The translations under genes were made by a program, and so were the position numbers. Shown one piece after another: positions 19,123 to 28,908 of a stretch of DNA of 42,212 nucleotides. Every line of letters begins with the position of its first letter. Within the stretch, counting starts at the first letter, position 1. Source of the stretch: Tolypothrix carrinoi HA7290-LM1 (GTDB taxonomy: Bacteria; Cyanobacteriota; Cyanobacteriia; Cyanobacteriales; Nostocaceae); NCBI GenBank assembly GCA_019358935.1, contig JAHHIK010000070.1, forward strand, positions 1 through 42,212, written 5' to 3'. Under the pieces are notes generated by a model. That model saw only the letters and a program-made list of their open reading frames with translations, was not told the DNA's origin and searched no databases.

Positions 19123-19232
19123 GTACAGTCAGAATTTTGTAGTACAGTCAGAATTTTGTAGGGTGCGTTGTCGCTCGCGCAACGCACGATTCATCGAGAG
19201 TGCGTTACGGCTAATGCCGTAACACACCCTAC
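19123..19232. repeat. 19-bp tandem duplication followed by a REP-like composite palindrome
   Basis: GTACAGTCAGAATTTTGTA x2 (19123-19160); GTAGGGTGCGTT...AACACACCCTAC (19158-19232) with two internal hairpins. Confidence 0.7.
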
Positions 19233-19276
19233 TGAATACTCATTATTGTAGACATAGAGAAAGAGGAGATTACGCA

Positions 19277-19622
19277 ATGGATAAATTAACCGAGTATCCC
19301 AAGCTAATCAGGCGTATTTTATCTGAGTATGTAGAATTATGCAACCGTCGTCCTAACGGAGACATTGAGACATTTTTGATTGTGGATGAGTCAAAGAAGC
19401 ACTACATCTGGATGAACCTTGGTTGGCAGAACGGCGATCGCATTACTGGTATAACCGTTTATGTTCGCATTCGTGATGGTAAAATCAAAGATTGAGGAAG
19501 ATTGGACAGAAAATGGTATTGCAACTGATATAGTTCGTGCGGGTGTTCCCAAGGAAGATATTGTCTTGGCATTCCACGAGCCTAAGATGCGGCAGTACAC
19601 AGATTTTGCAGTAGCCTTGTAG
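19277..19622 (+). pseudogene. xisI: XisI family protein, frameshifted
   Basis: MDKLTEYPKLI...HYIWMNLGWQNGDR...RIRDGKI, then a +1 shift near 19487-19490 to IEEDWTENGIATDIVRAGVPKEDIVLAFHEPKMRQYTDFAVAL*. Confidence 0.9.
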
Positions 19623-19732
19623 CGGTTGAGATTGATGATTTATCTTTAAACTGAGTTCAGCTTTCGTAGAGCAATTGTTGCTAAAGATTGTAGTAGGAAG
19701 AGAGTAATTATAAAATTTAAATATTACTTTGT

Positions 19733-20218
19733 TTAGGTTTGCACTGTAAATTCTTCTGGATCAATACCCCAATTTACCCAACGAATTGCTTCCCGTGCGG
19801 AGTTAACGCTAGGTGGTACACGCAGTACATGAACATATCCACTGCTTGGGCAAGTCATCTTCAACAGATAAATAGGTTCAACATCAATACTTTCTTCTAT
19901 ACCTAGCAAAACATATTCTTGCCAATAATCTAGCTCTACTGCCTGTAATTCCTGACAGATACGTGCGTAACCAATACCTTGAATTAATACGCGGCGTAGT
20001 TCTGCGTTATCTACTTCTAAAAGCCATCGTGGTTCCCATTCATTTAGGCGAAGTTGACCGTATTTTTCTGGTAGTCTTACACCGTGATAAGCGTAGACAT
20101 TAAATCCTTCGTAGGCTACTGCGGGTTTACCTTCGGCGTGTAATCTGCTTTCATTATCAAGACAAATAACTAAAGGCTTGGGAATAGCAACAGTCTGCGT
20201 CTCTGCGGTTCGTTCCAT
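19733..20218 (-). CDS. DUF6745-like domain protein, possibly 5'-truncated
   Basis: LDNESRLHAEGKPAV...YAYHGVRLP...NAELRRVLIQGIGY...LKMTCPSSGYVHVLRVPP...AREAIRWVNWG. Confidence 0.7.
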   Translation of the reverse strand: MERTAETQTVAIPKPLVICLDNESRLHAEGKPAVAYEGFNVYAYHGVRLPEKYGQLRLNEWEPRWLLEVDNAELRRVLIQGIGYARICQELQAVELDYWQEYVLLGIEESIDVEPIYLLKMTCPSSGYVHVLRVPPSVNSAREAIRWVNWGIDPEEFTVQT

Positions 20219-20242
20219 TGTGGCACGGTTAATTTTACTATG

Positions 20243-20356
20243 TTAGGACTTAAGCAAAATACCTCTCGCTCCTCTTATTCCTCCGTATGTTTATTAATGT
20301 TGAAAAGTTCGTAGTCAGCGCAAAGCGTGAAAACAGCGCTACTACGAACAAGAGCG
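20243..20356. repeat. Solo MITE end plus a GTTCGTAGT...ACTACGAAC palindromic repeat
   Basis: 20243-20286 matches the reverse complement of 5686-5725. The hairpin at about 20307-20349 is related to those at about 28690-28732 and 37127-37176. Confidence 0.6.
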
Positions 20357-20361
20357 TTATT

Positions 20362-21435
20362 TTAGCTAACTGTTGCCCGTGATGATTCGGCATCAATCGG
20401 TTTGAGCAGGTAAATTCGCAACAGATGCCAGATGATGGAAAGTAACAAAGGTAATTTTTGCACTAACTTGATAATTTTTGGGCGATCGCTTACATTAATT
20501 TCCCCCAATTTTAGATTATTCTCGGAACACTTTTCTAGACGAGAGAAAAATTCTGGGTGATTTGTATCCAATATTAATGGAAATGCTCTAGCAGCCGTGT
20601 TGTTCGTCTCCTCGATGACTTTGGTATTATATTCGCGGGGATTTATGCCGATAGATTCATAAAATGTTGCTCGTTCAAATACTGTCAAGGTATGCGTAGC
20701 AAACACTGTCAGCAAAAAGAAACGCACCCACAATCGCGATTGACAATTATTCCATAACTGGGGTTGCGATCGCAGCAGCGCTTTGAAAAAATCTCCATGT
20801 CGGTTTTCATCCTGACACCAACTTTCAAAGTAGCGAAATAACGGATATATTTCATGTTCTGGATGTGCTTCCATATGGCGATAAACTAAAATGTAACGCC
20901 AGTAACCAATTTTCTCAGATAAATAAACAGTATAAATAACCCACTCTGGGGGAAAGAAGGTATAAGTACGATTCTTGGTGAGATAACTTAAGTCTAAGGA
21001 AAGATTAAAATCTGCCATTGACTTATTCAAAAATCCCGCATGACGTGCTTCATCCCGCGACATTAAGAGAAAGGCTTCTGCTAAAATAGGATTTTGCTCT
21101 TTAAGTCGTCGCGATAGTTCTTTAAACAGCAAAAAACCAGAAAATTCTGATGTGCAAGAGCGCTCCAAAAAGTCAATAAAAGAACGTCGCGTTTCCCCAT
21201 CAATGCTATCCCAACACTGTTGAAATTCGCTACCGCGTACAAAATGATGCCGATTATAATCGGCTCTTAGCTCTTCTAAAACTGCTAATAATTCAGGCTC
21301 TTGCGCGGAAATATCCATTTGCGCGATCGCTTCAAAGTCAGTGGTGTAAAACCTGGGTGTTAACAATGTTTCCTGAACTGGTGCTTTAATACCAGGTTTC
21401 AGCAACTCAGGCTCTGGGGTGTGAAGATTAGCCAT
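20362..21435 (-). CDS. acsF: Mg-protoporphyrin IX monomethyl ester oxidative cyclase, probably the low-oxygen (ChlAII/AcsF2) paralogue
   Basis: ETLLTPRFYTTDF, ERSCTSEFSGFLL, di-iron motifs DEARHAG and DENRHGD; linked to hemN. Confidence 0.95.
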   Translation of the reverse strand: MANLHTPEPELLKPGIKAPVQETLLTPRFYTTDFEAIAQMDISAQEPELLAVLEELRADYNRHHFVRGSEFQQCWDSIDGETRRSFIDFLERSCTSEFSGFLLFKELSRRLKEQNPILAEAFLLMSRDEARHAGFLNKSMADFNLSLDLSYLTKNRTYTFFPPEWVIYTVYLSEKIGYWRYILVYRHMEAHPEHEIYPLFRYFESWCQDENRHGDFFKALLRSQPQLWNNCQSRLWVRFFLLTVFATHTLTVFERATFYESIGINPREYNTKVIEETNNTAARAFPLILDTNHPEFFSRLEKCSENNLKLGEINVSDRPKIIKLVQKLPLLLSIIWHLLRIYLLKPIDAESSRATVS

Positions 21436-21539
21436 GAGAATTCTGCTTTTAATCTAATGCTTTATTAGCTATATAACCATAATTTTCTTTCTAGGTCTAT
21501 CAATTGAAAAATAACTTTTTAATCAACAACTAGCTTGAT

Positions 21540-21634
21540 ATATTGGGTTTTTACGCAATTCGTTTGTAGCGTTTTGAATTATTTTATATTTATGCAAAAA
21601 TTAATAATTAAATAATTGAGTAAAAAATCAATAT
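21540..21634. promoter_or_regulatory. Inverted pair of 21-bp motifs in the acsF/hemN divergent promoter region
   Basis: Reverse complement of 21540-21560 (AATTGCGTAAAAACCCAATAT) versus 21614-21634 (AATTGAGTAAAAAATCAATAT): 18/21 identical. Confidence 0.55.
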
Positions 21635-21704
21635 TGCTGGCATCTGCATCTACACTAATGTTTGCAGGCTAAAGTGATGCATATCATTTATCAATATTGA
21701 ATTT

Positions 21705-21897
21705 GTTGGTTGTTGGTGAACCACTGCGTTGCGGGGGTGGAGGAGTTTGTAGCAAGTGGTGAACCCGAAGGGTTGTTAGTTGTTAGTTGCCAAAAGTTAC
21801 CACGCTCCCACTATCCACGCTCCTCTTATCCACTACCCACTATCCACTATCAACTATCCACTATCAACTATCCACTACCCACTAACCACTATCAACT
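21705..21897. repeat. Dispersed repeat plus (ACTATCC/ACTATCA)n STRR running up to the hemN start
   Basis: CCACTGCGTTGCGGGGG...GAACCCGAAGGG, related to motifs in 5457-5725, followed by heptamer repeats. Confidence 0.75.
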
Positions 21898-23280
21898 ATG
21901 GTTTTTATACTTCCTAGCGTAAAGTTCGATTCTAATCTGATTCAAAAATATGATACTCCGACACCGAGATACACCAGTTATCCACCGGCAACTGAGTTAA
22001 CAGAAGCATTTAGTGAAAGTGATTTTAAATCAGCGATCGCTAACTCAAATCAAAGAAAATCTCCGCTTTCTTTGTATTTCCATATACCGTTTTGTCAAAT
22101 TCCCTGTTACTTCTGTGGTTGTAATACGGTAATTTCCAACAATAAGAATATTGCTAAACCTTATTTACAGTCTTTAGTTCAAGATATTAAAAATACAGCA
22201 GCCTTAATTGATTCTGATAGAAAAGTACTGCAAATTCACTGGGGTGGTGGTACTCCTAACTATTTGAATCCCGAACAAGTAGAATTTTTGTGGAAAAATA
22301 TTAGACAACATTTCACCATTGATTCAGAAGCGGAAATCTCAATTGAGATTAATCCCCGCTATGTTGATAAAAATTATATTTTCTTTCTCAGAGAAATCGG
22401 CTTTAACCGAATTAGTTTTGGTATCCAAGATTTTAATCGTCAAGTTCAAGTAGCTATAAATCGCGTTCAACCTGAAGAAATGCTCTTTGATGTCATGAGT
22501 TGGATTAAAGAAGCTAACTTCAAAAGTGTGAATGTAGACTTAATTTATGGTTTACCTTATCAAACTCGCGAAACTTTCAAAGAAACGATTAAAAAGACAA
22601 TTGAATTAGACCCGAACCGAATTGTAGTCTTTAATTTTGCTTATGTGCCGTGGGTAAAACCTGTACAAAAAAATATTCCTGAAGATAAGCTTCCCCTACC
22701 GCAAGAAAAGTTAGAAATTCTCAAGATGACGATTGAGGAATTAACAGCTAATAAGTATTTATTTATCGGGATGGATCATTTTGCTAAAGCTGATGATGAA
22801 TTAGCGATCGCTCAACAAAATCGCACGCTAAAACGCAATTTTCAAGGCTACACCACCCTAGCAGAAACAGAACTCTTTGGTTTTGGTGCAACATCCATCA
22901 GTATGTTAGAAGACGCTTACGCTCAAAATCACAAGCAATTACAAGATTATTATCGCGGAATTGAAGCGGGTGTTTTACCAATTAGTAAAGGCATCAAACT
23001 CAGCCAAGATGACATTATTAGACGAGATGTCATCATGTCTATTATGTGTCACCACGAACTGCATAAGCCAGACATTGAAAATAAATATAACATCAACTTT
23101 GATGAATACTTCAGCTTAGAAATAAAGGCGTTACAGCCATTAGAAGCCGATAAATTAGTCGAGTTATCAACGAAATATATTCATATCACAGAAATCGGCA
23201 AACTACTATTAAGAAATGTTGCGGTTATCTTTGATGCCCATACCAGAAATCAACAGAGAAAATTCTCTCGTGCTATTTAA
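21898..23280 (+). CDS. hemN: Oxygen-independent coproporphyrinogen III oxidase (radical SAM)
   Basis: PRYTSYPPA, HIPFCQIPCYFCGC (CxxxCxxC), HWGGGTP, GMDHFA, RNFQGY. Confidence 0.97.
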   Translation: MVFILPSVKFDSNLIQKYDTPTPRYTSYPPATELTEAFSESDFKSAIANSNQRKSPLSLYFHIPFCQIPCYFCGCNTVISNNKNIAKPYLQSLVQDIKNTAALIDSDRKVLQIHWGGGTPNYLNPEQVEFLWKNIRQHFTIDSEAEISIEINPRYVDKNYIFFLREIGFNRISFGIQDFNRQVQVAINRVQPEEMLFDVMSWIKEANFKSVNVDLIYGLPYQTRETFKETIKKTIELDPNRIVVFNFAYVPWVKPVQKNIPEDKLPLPQEKLEILKMTIEELTANKYLFIGMDHFAKADDELAIAQQNRTLKRNFQGYTTLAETELFGFGATSISMLEDAYAQNHKQLQDYYRGIEAGVLPISKGIKLSQDDIIRRDVIMSIMCHHELHKPDIENKYNINFDEYFSLEIKALQPLEADKLVELSTKYIHITEIGKLLLRNVAVIFDAHTRNQQRKFSRAI

Positions 23281-23742
23281 TTAGCTGCTGGGATAGTGCA
23301 TAAACACTACAGGAACTCCCAGCAGCTTTTTGCCTAATTGCGACAATCCAAACTTACCCTTAAGCGATCGCGGTAAATCTTCAAAGGCAATTACTACAAA
23401 ACCAAAGCGTGTATAAAATTCCGTCAACCGCTGACCAAGACATTCTAAATATAGCGGTTGAGTTGCTTCTTCAATTAAATGCCGTGTAACTAAAGTTCCT
23501 AAACCGCGATTTCTCCAAGCAGGTGAAACTACCAAACTACCAAGTTCTTGTGTATCATAAAAGTTGCGAAGCTGTCCGCAAGCTACTATCTTTTTCTCGC
23601 ATTCAATTACCGAGAATTGCGAAAAGCGTATTTGGGTAGGGTCAAGTTTTGCCGAAAGCACTAACCATCTAATTGACCAAATATCCTCAGATGTAGCCTT
23701 ACGGAGTATACATTCATTTGGCAGTGACACGCTTTGTTTCAT
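23281..23742 (-). CDS. GNAT family N-acetyltransferase
   Basis: LGSLVVSPAWRNRGLGTLV motif A, FYTRFGF. Confidence 0.88.
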   Translation of the reverse strand: MKQSVSLPNECILRKATSEDIWSIRWLVLSAKLDPTQIRFSQFSVIECEKKIVACGQLRNFYDTQELGSLVVSPAWRNRGLGTLVTRHLIEEATQPLYLECLGQRLTEFYTRFGFVVIAFEDLPRSLKGKFGLSQLGKKLLGVPVVFMHYPSS

Positions 23743-23897
23743 AGAACCTCGCAAAAATTATTATTTCCAATCAGATCCCCGACAACTTCTGCGAAGTCGG
23801 GGCAAATCGTTTTTTTCATTCTGTTGTCACTTTTTTGTCACATTTACTTTAAATACTAAAGATAGAACCGATTATTTTGAATATTAAATTTATTAAA

Positions 23898-24455
23898 ATG
23901 CATCAACGTCAATTATCCCCGATACTTTGGATTATGGGGACAGCGATCGCACTTCTGACGACAAGCTGTGAGTCAGCAGTGCAATATTTGCCACCATTAC
24001 CGAGAATTGAGACATCCTCAAACGAAGCGAAATTGCCTCAACAAAACGCCCAATCTGCTAGTAACGCCAAAATTGAGGCAGCAATTCGCCAAGGTATCAA
24101 TCAAGTGCGTCAGGAAAACAAACTGCAACCCTTGCAAAATAATGAAAAACTAGCGCAAGTTGCCCGGAACTACAGCCGACAAATGGCAGAACAAAACTTC
24201 TTCAGCCACACCGGACCTAATGGCAGCACCCTAGAAAAGCGAGTCAAGGCAGGCGGAATTTATTATTGGGTGGTAGGTGAGAACTTGTTCACAAGTAAGA
24301 ATATTTCCCAACCAGTATCACCAGCAATTGACGGTTGGATGAAAAGTCCAGGACATCGAGAGAATATTTTGCGTCCGTTTTTCAGCGAAACCGGCGTAGG
24401 AGTGTGGAAAGTTGGCAACAGCTACTATATTACACAATTGTTTTTGCGGCGTTGA
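23898..24455 (+). CDS. CAP (SCP) domain lipoprotein
   Basis: Lipobox-like LTTSC, FFSHTGPNG, GENL, WMKSPGHRENIL, ETGVGV. Confidence 0.9.
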   Translation: MHQRQLSPILWIMGTAIALLTTSCESAVQYLPPLPRIETSSNEAKLPQQNAQSASNAKIEAAIRQGINQVRQENKLQPLQNNEKLAQVARNYSRQMAEQNFFSHTGPNGSTLEKRVKAGGIYYWVVGENLFTSKNISQPVSPAIDGWMKSPGHRENILRPFFSETGVGVWKVGNSYYITQLFLRR

Positions 24456-24601
24456 AGGACAAGCAAAAACGCTTCTCACAGGCATCGTAAACACAACGTG
24501 ATACCCTTACAGGGTATCGCGACTGCAAAATTGCGATGTTCCCCCCTAGATAGGTGTGGCGATCGCCCATCCAACCCTAAACTACTAATTGTAATCTCAA
24601 C

Positions 24602-25084
24602 TTGACAGCAACCCTTGTGAAAGCAAGATGGATCATCACCGCAGTTTCCGCAGCACTATTTTTTGGTGGTAGTTTGCTAACATCACTGCGCGACCCCTGG
24701 TTTCAAAACTTACAGCGTCCCGCGTGGTTAACTTTTGAATTTTTAATTCCGTTTATTTGGATCTTCATTTGGGTCTGCATCACAATCTCAGCAATTATTG
24801 TGTGGGAAAACTCAAAAAATCGCCCTTGGTTATTGATGGGTATGTATGCTGCGATCGCTCTTTTAACTTCAGCATACAGTCCGATTGTCGTAGAACTTAA
24901 AAGCCTTATAGGGGGAATGATTGCCGGCGGATTGGCTACAATTATCGTCTACATTTTGGCGTTTATAGTCAAGCCAATTTCTCAAAAAGCCTCTTGGCTG
25001 TTCTTACCTTATGCTCTTTGGGGTCCGATTGGAACTTATCTTACTTGGATATTAATTCAACTTAATCCAGGCGCAGCAAACTAA
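24602..25084 (+). CDS. TspO/MBR tryptophan-rich sensory protein
   Basis: WFQNLQRPAW, five TM segments, LFLPYALWG; TTG start. Confidence 0.85.
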   Translation: MTATLVKARWIITAVSAALFFGGSLLTSLRDPWFQNLQRPAWLTFEFLIPFIWIFIWVCITISAIIVWENSKNRPWLLMGMYAAIALLTSAYSPIVVELKSLIGGMIAGGLATIIVYILAFIVKPISQKASWLFLPYALWGPIGTYLTWILIQLNPGAAN

Positions 25085-25093
25085 CAAAATTAT

Positions 25094-25912
25094 ATGAATA
25101 ATACAGTAATTATTACAGGTGCTTCTCAAGGCATCGGCAAAGCCACAGCACTTGAATTTGCTCGTCAAGGATACGATATTGTACTCGCAGCGCGTCAAGT
25201 TGACCGTTTAGAAGCAGCTGCAATCGAAGTACGCGAACTTGGTCGAGAAGCGCTTGCAATTCCCACAGATGTGAGAGATCCGCAGCAAGTAAACAACTTA
25301 GTGGAAAAGGCACTACAGCATTTTGGTCATGTGGATGTGGTAATTAATAATGCTGGTATTTTTGCCTTAGGACCAGTAGAAGAATTTAAACTCAGCGATT
25401 GGCAACAAATAATAAATACAAATCTTTTGGGTTATATTCATGTGATTGATGCTATTTTGCCTCATTTACTGAAACGAGGTAAAGGCACAATCGTTAATGT
25501 CAGTTCTATTGCTGGTTTAGATGCAATTCCTTACCAAATACCTTACAATACCAGCAAGCACGCGATCGCAGGGCTGACCAAATCGCTACACGCAGAATTA
25601 TCAAAGAAAGGAATTCAAGTTACTGGAATTTATCCGAGTTTTATTCGCACCCAAATCGATGAACGCACAATCTTTCGCGGTAACGAAGAAGAAACAACTA
25701 AAGCTCGCTACAATTTAGTCAATACAATGCTGCACACTCCTCTGTTAGAAAAGCCTGAAGATGTAGCGCAAGCAATTTGGAAAGGAGTTAAAAATCAGCG
25801 TGCTGATGTAATTGTCGGTACAGCGAAGTTTTGGACATCAATGTATCATCTATTTCCTGGTTTGATGAAGCCATTATTTCGACTAGTTTTTGGGATGAAA
25901 GAACGTCGCTGA
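25094..25912 (+). CDS. Short-chain dehydrogenase/reductase
   Basis: TGASQGIG, NNAG, NVSS, YNTSK catalytic motif. Confidence 0.93.
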   Translation: MNNTVIITGASQGIGKATALEFARQGYDIVLAARQVDRLEAAAIEVRELGREALAIPTDVRDPQQVNNLVEKALQHFGHVDVVINNAGIFALGPVEEFKLSDWQQIINTNLLGYIHVIDAILPHLLKRGKGTIVNVSSIAGLDAIPYQIPYNTSKHAIAGLTKSLHAELSKKGIQVTGIYPSFIRTQIDERTIFRGNEEETTKARYNLVNTMLHTPLLEKPEDVAQAIWKGVKNQRADVIVGTAKFWTSMYHLFPGLMKPLFRLVFGMKERR

Positions 25913-26356
25913 TTAAAAGTCATCTAAAGAACGTTGACGACGTTGGGTAGAATTAGTAGTGGGACTATGCAGTTTATTTGCCCACAAAACTAAAGGAATG
26001 CTGAGTGTTCCGAAAATCATCATAATAGTGGTGATTATCAAAACCATTATGCGATTGGGGCGATAATTACCCTGTTCAATCTGCCAAAAAACTTGGTTAT
26101 AATGCCAAGCTGCCAAAGCTATCACCACAATGCCCACAATTACTAAGCTGACACCGAGGTTTTCTGAATTAAATATGGGATGAACCTGAGGTTGTTGTTG
26201 AGTTAGGGTAGAATGAAGTTGATGTAGAAATAAGCTGAATCGAGCGATCGCAAACCCAAAACCGATTAAAGCGATCGAAGTTCGCAGCCAAGCCAAAAAC
26301 GTGCGCTCGTTAGCTTGATGCTCCCGCTGACGGTCTACTTGAGAATTTTTTGTCAT
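25913..26356 (-). CDS. YidH / DUF202 family membrane protein
   Basis: REHQANERTFLAWLRTSIALIGFG. Confidence 0.9.
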   Translation of the reverse strand: MTKNSQVDRQREHQANERTFLAWLRTSIALIGFGFAIARFSLFLHQLHSTLTQQQPQVHPIFNSENLGVSLVIVGIVVIALAAWHYNQVFWQIEQGNYRPNRIMVLIITTIMMIFGTLSIPLVLWANKLHSPTTNSTQRRQRSLDDF

Positions 26357-26402
26357 TAAAATTTTAAATCACACAAACCGCGTATTTTCCTTTTTATTGA
26401 AA

Positions 26403-26431
26403 ATGACAGGCAAGGCTATCTTACCTGTCAT
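26403..26431. terminator. Hairpin, terminator or REP-like
   Basis: ATGACAGGCAAG-GCTAT-CTTACCTGTCAT. Confidence 0.45.
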
Positions 26432-26472
26432 AGTACATCTTAATGTTATATGTAATAAGTAGTATCCTAACG

Positions 26473-26847
26473 TCAGAAATTTTTTCGACTTGATTTAGAA
26501 TTTTTGGGTGAATAATCAGAGCAATTCTTTGCTTCTTCAGTCATCACCATCGAAGGTTGTACGGCACACTTAAGGTAATTGTTGCTGCAAAAAAACTCGC
26601 AGTTGTGACAGGGAAGTTTATTTAAACTGTTGATATTAAAAACGATTTTATTGTCTACAACCGTCCGCAGTTTGGATAGCATGAGAAAAAAAACTACCCA
26701 AGCTACAATAAAGCCAAAAGAACCACCCACAGAGATAGCTATTTCCGGAACAGTTAACCCATAAATATTTCCCTCTTCAGTGTGGCTTCTCTGATTTGAA
26801 TTACTATCTACTGCTAAAAGAAGTTGGGAGTTACGATCAAAAGACAT
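26473..26847 (-). CDS. Hypothetical single-TM protein with a Cys-rich C-terminal domain
   Basis: TM helix, then PCHNCEFFCSNNYLKCAVQP...EAKNCSDY. Confidence 0.75.
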   Translation of the reverse strand: MSFDRNSQLLLAVDSNSNQRSHTEEGNIYGLTVPEIAISVGGSFGFIVAWVVFFLMLSKLRTVVDNKIVFNINSLNKLPCHNCEFFCSNNYLKCAVQPSMVMTEEAKNCSDYSPKNSKSSRKNF

Positions 26848-27131
26848 ATTATTTACCTGTGGTGCTACGTAGTGCCGAATAAGTTCCTGGCAAACGCTTT
26901 TAGGATCACCAGTAACTGCTCTTATATATAAGGCTGAGTGGATTCGTCAAAATTGAGCGATCGCAAGGACTCAATTATAGGTGTAGCAAAATAACAATTA
27001 AGGTATCTCTGTCGAGAGTTTTACTTGTAAGTTATTGTTATACACCGAAAGAAAGAACTTACTGAATTAACTGAGAAAAAAGGTTGTTTTTGTGGTAGTA
27101 TTAACGCTCATGAAATCGAGTTAAATAGTTA

Positions 27132-27830
27132 TCAATCGGTTAAGGGCTGATGTTGTTGCTGGAGATACACGAGAGCTTCAGAGGATTCTACTTGAGGAAA
27201 ATCGACATAGAAATTACTAACACTTAAGAAAGGTTCCGGTGTTTCCAAGATAATAAGGCGATCGCACCACTGACTCAACCAAGGTAACAACTTTAAAGGC
27301 GCTACAGGACTACACAACCAAACTGACGCACACCCAAGCGCTTTTGCTGCAATCGCCGCCACAGCAATTGTCATGCCCGTGGCGATGCCATCATCAATTA
27401 AAATAACCGTAGCATTTTCTGTATTTACTTGCGGACAACCAGGAATTAATTGTGCCTCAAGTAGTTTAGCTTTATCGATCGCTTCATTCAAAGCCAATTC
27501 ACGCGATACTCCTGAAACGAGTGGCTGCCGCCATCGCAAATAATTTTTACTGCGAAGTAACTTTTGCTCACTCCAAAGAACATTCCCCGAAGCAGTCACC
27601 GCACCAATTGCCAACTCCGGGTTTTGTGGATGGCTAATCTTTTTCGCCACCATAATCGTCAGCGGACAACCCAAAATTCGCGCTACAGGTGCAGCTACTG
27701 GTAGTCCCCCTCTAGGCAAGGCATAAACAATTGGTCGCTTTGTCAGAGCACTTTGCTTGATTGCATCAATCTGTTGTGCCAGCTTCTCACCAGCATCAGT
27801 GCGATCGCAAAAAAGTGGGGTATATGACAT
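27132..27830 (-). CDS. Phosphoribosyltransferase family protein
   Basis: ALPRGGLPVA, NPELAIGAV, PRPP motif VILIDDGIATGMT. Confidence 0.9.
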   Translation of the reverse strand: MSYTPLFCDRTDAGEKLAQQIDAIKQSALTKRPIVYALPRGGLPVAAPVARILGCPLTIMVAKKISHPQNPELAIGAVTASGNVLWSEQKLLRSKNYLRWRQPLVSGVSRELALNEAIDKAKLLEAQLIPGCPQVNTENATVILIDDGIATGMTIAVAAIAAKALGCASVWLCSPVAPLKLLPWLSQWCDRLIILETPEPFLSVSNFYVDFPQVESSEALVYLQQQHQPLTD

Positions 27831-28011
27831 AATTTCCCCAACACATTAAGACACCATTGTTTTTATCATGAAGGATTTTCGGGCAATTTGATTGATACAA
27901 TAGAATCTCTACAGATATAAGTATAAGAAATGCACATCTGACGTAGCATTTATTTGTTCGCCAATAAACATTAATTATTAGACTGGCGCTGATGTCAGCA
28001 TCTTCATTTTC

Positions 28012-28686
28012 ATGAGCAGCGAAAATCAATTAAGCCTCTTCGATAACTCGAACTTTCAGCAAAAAGATTTAATTCCCACAGATGCCAAAATTCCCATTCC
28101 CAGCGGCACTTACCCCAGCATGACCGAATTGGCACAGCATTGCAACGACTGTCACCGTTGTGGATTAGGAGAAAATCGGACTCATGCCGTCGTCGGACGC
28201 GGCAACCTCAAAGCACTGATTATGATTGTGGGAGAAGCACCAGGTCAAAATGAAGACGAAACCGGATTGCCCTTTGTCGGCAGATCCGGACAGTTGCTAG
28301 AGAAAATATTGGCATCAGTCGAACTGGATACAGAAAAAGATGTATATATATCCAATATCAACAAATGCCGACCCCCAAACAACCGGGCACCTTCCACAAA
28401 AGAAATGGCGGCTTGCAAACCCTATTTATTTGAACAACTTCGCATAGTTGACCCAAAAATTATTCTCTTGACAGGTGCAACTGCCGTCAAAGGTTTAATT
28501 GGCGACAAAGGAGCAATGGGTACAATTCGCGGAAAATGGATTGAATGGGAAGGGCGTTTGTGTATGCCGATTTTCCACCCATCTTACTTGCTGCGTAACC
28601 CTTCCCGCGAAGTAGGCGCTCCTAAATGGTTGATGTGGCAAGATATTCAAGCAGTGCGTGCCAAATTCGATGAAATTCGACATTAA
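28012..28686 (+). CDS. Uracil-DNA glycosylase, family 4 (Fe-S)
   Basis: CHRC, GEAPGQNEDETGLPFVGRSG, NKCRPPNNR, FHPSYLLR. Confidence 0.93.
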   Translation: MSSENQLSLFDNSNFQQKDLIPTDAKIPIPSGTYPSMTELAQHCNDCHRCGLGENRTHAVVGRGNLKALIMIVGEAPGQNEDETGLPFVGRSGQLLEKILASVELDTEKDVYISNINKCRPPNNRAPSTKEMAACKPYLFEQLRIVDPKIILLTGATAVKGLIGDKGAMGTIRGKWIEWEGRLCMPIFHPSYLLRNPSREVGAPKWLMWQDIQAVRAKFDEIRH

Positions 28687-28908
28687 TCAGCGCTCTTGTT
28701 CGTCGTGAGCGATTTATCGCTCAATTACGAAGCTTTAAATTTTTTGCGCTAGACCACTAGTATCTCACCATAACTTTGGCAGAAATTCTGGAATGCTTTC
28801 GCTTCACTTGGTAGCTAACTAAATTGATTCAAAAGTTAGATGCTCGTAACAACTAACAGTAGCGCAGATGTTTGAGCATCTCACGTACTATTGCCAAGGA
28901 GAAGGCTT

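Noticed and set aside
19277..19622. Heterocyst excision element (fdxN element) boundary
   Set aside because: No recombinase, xisH or interrupted nif gene is present; xisI paralogues are commonly dispersed.
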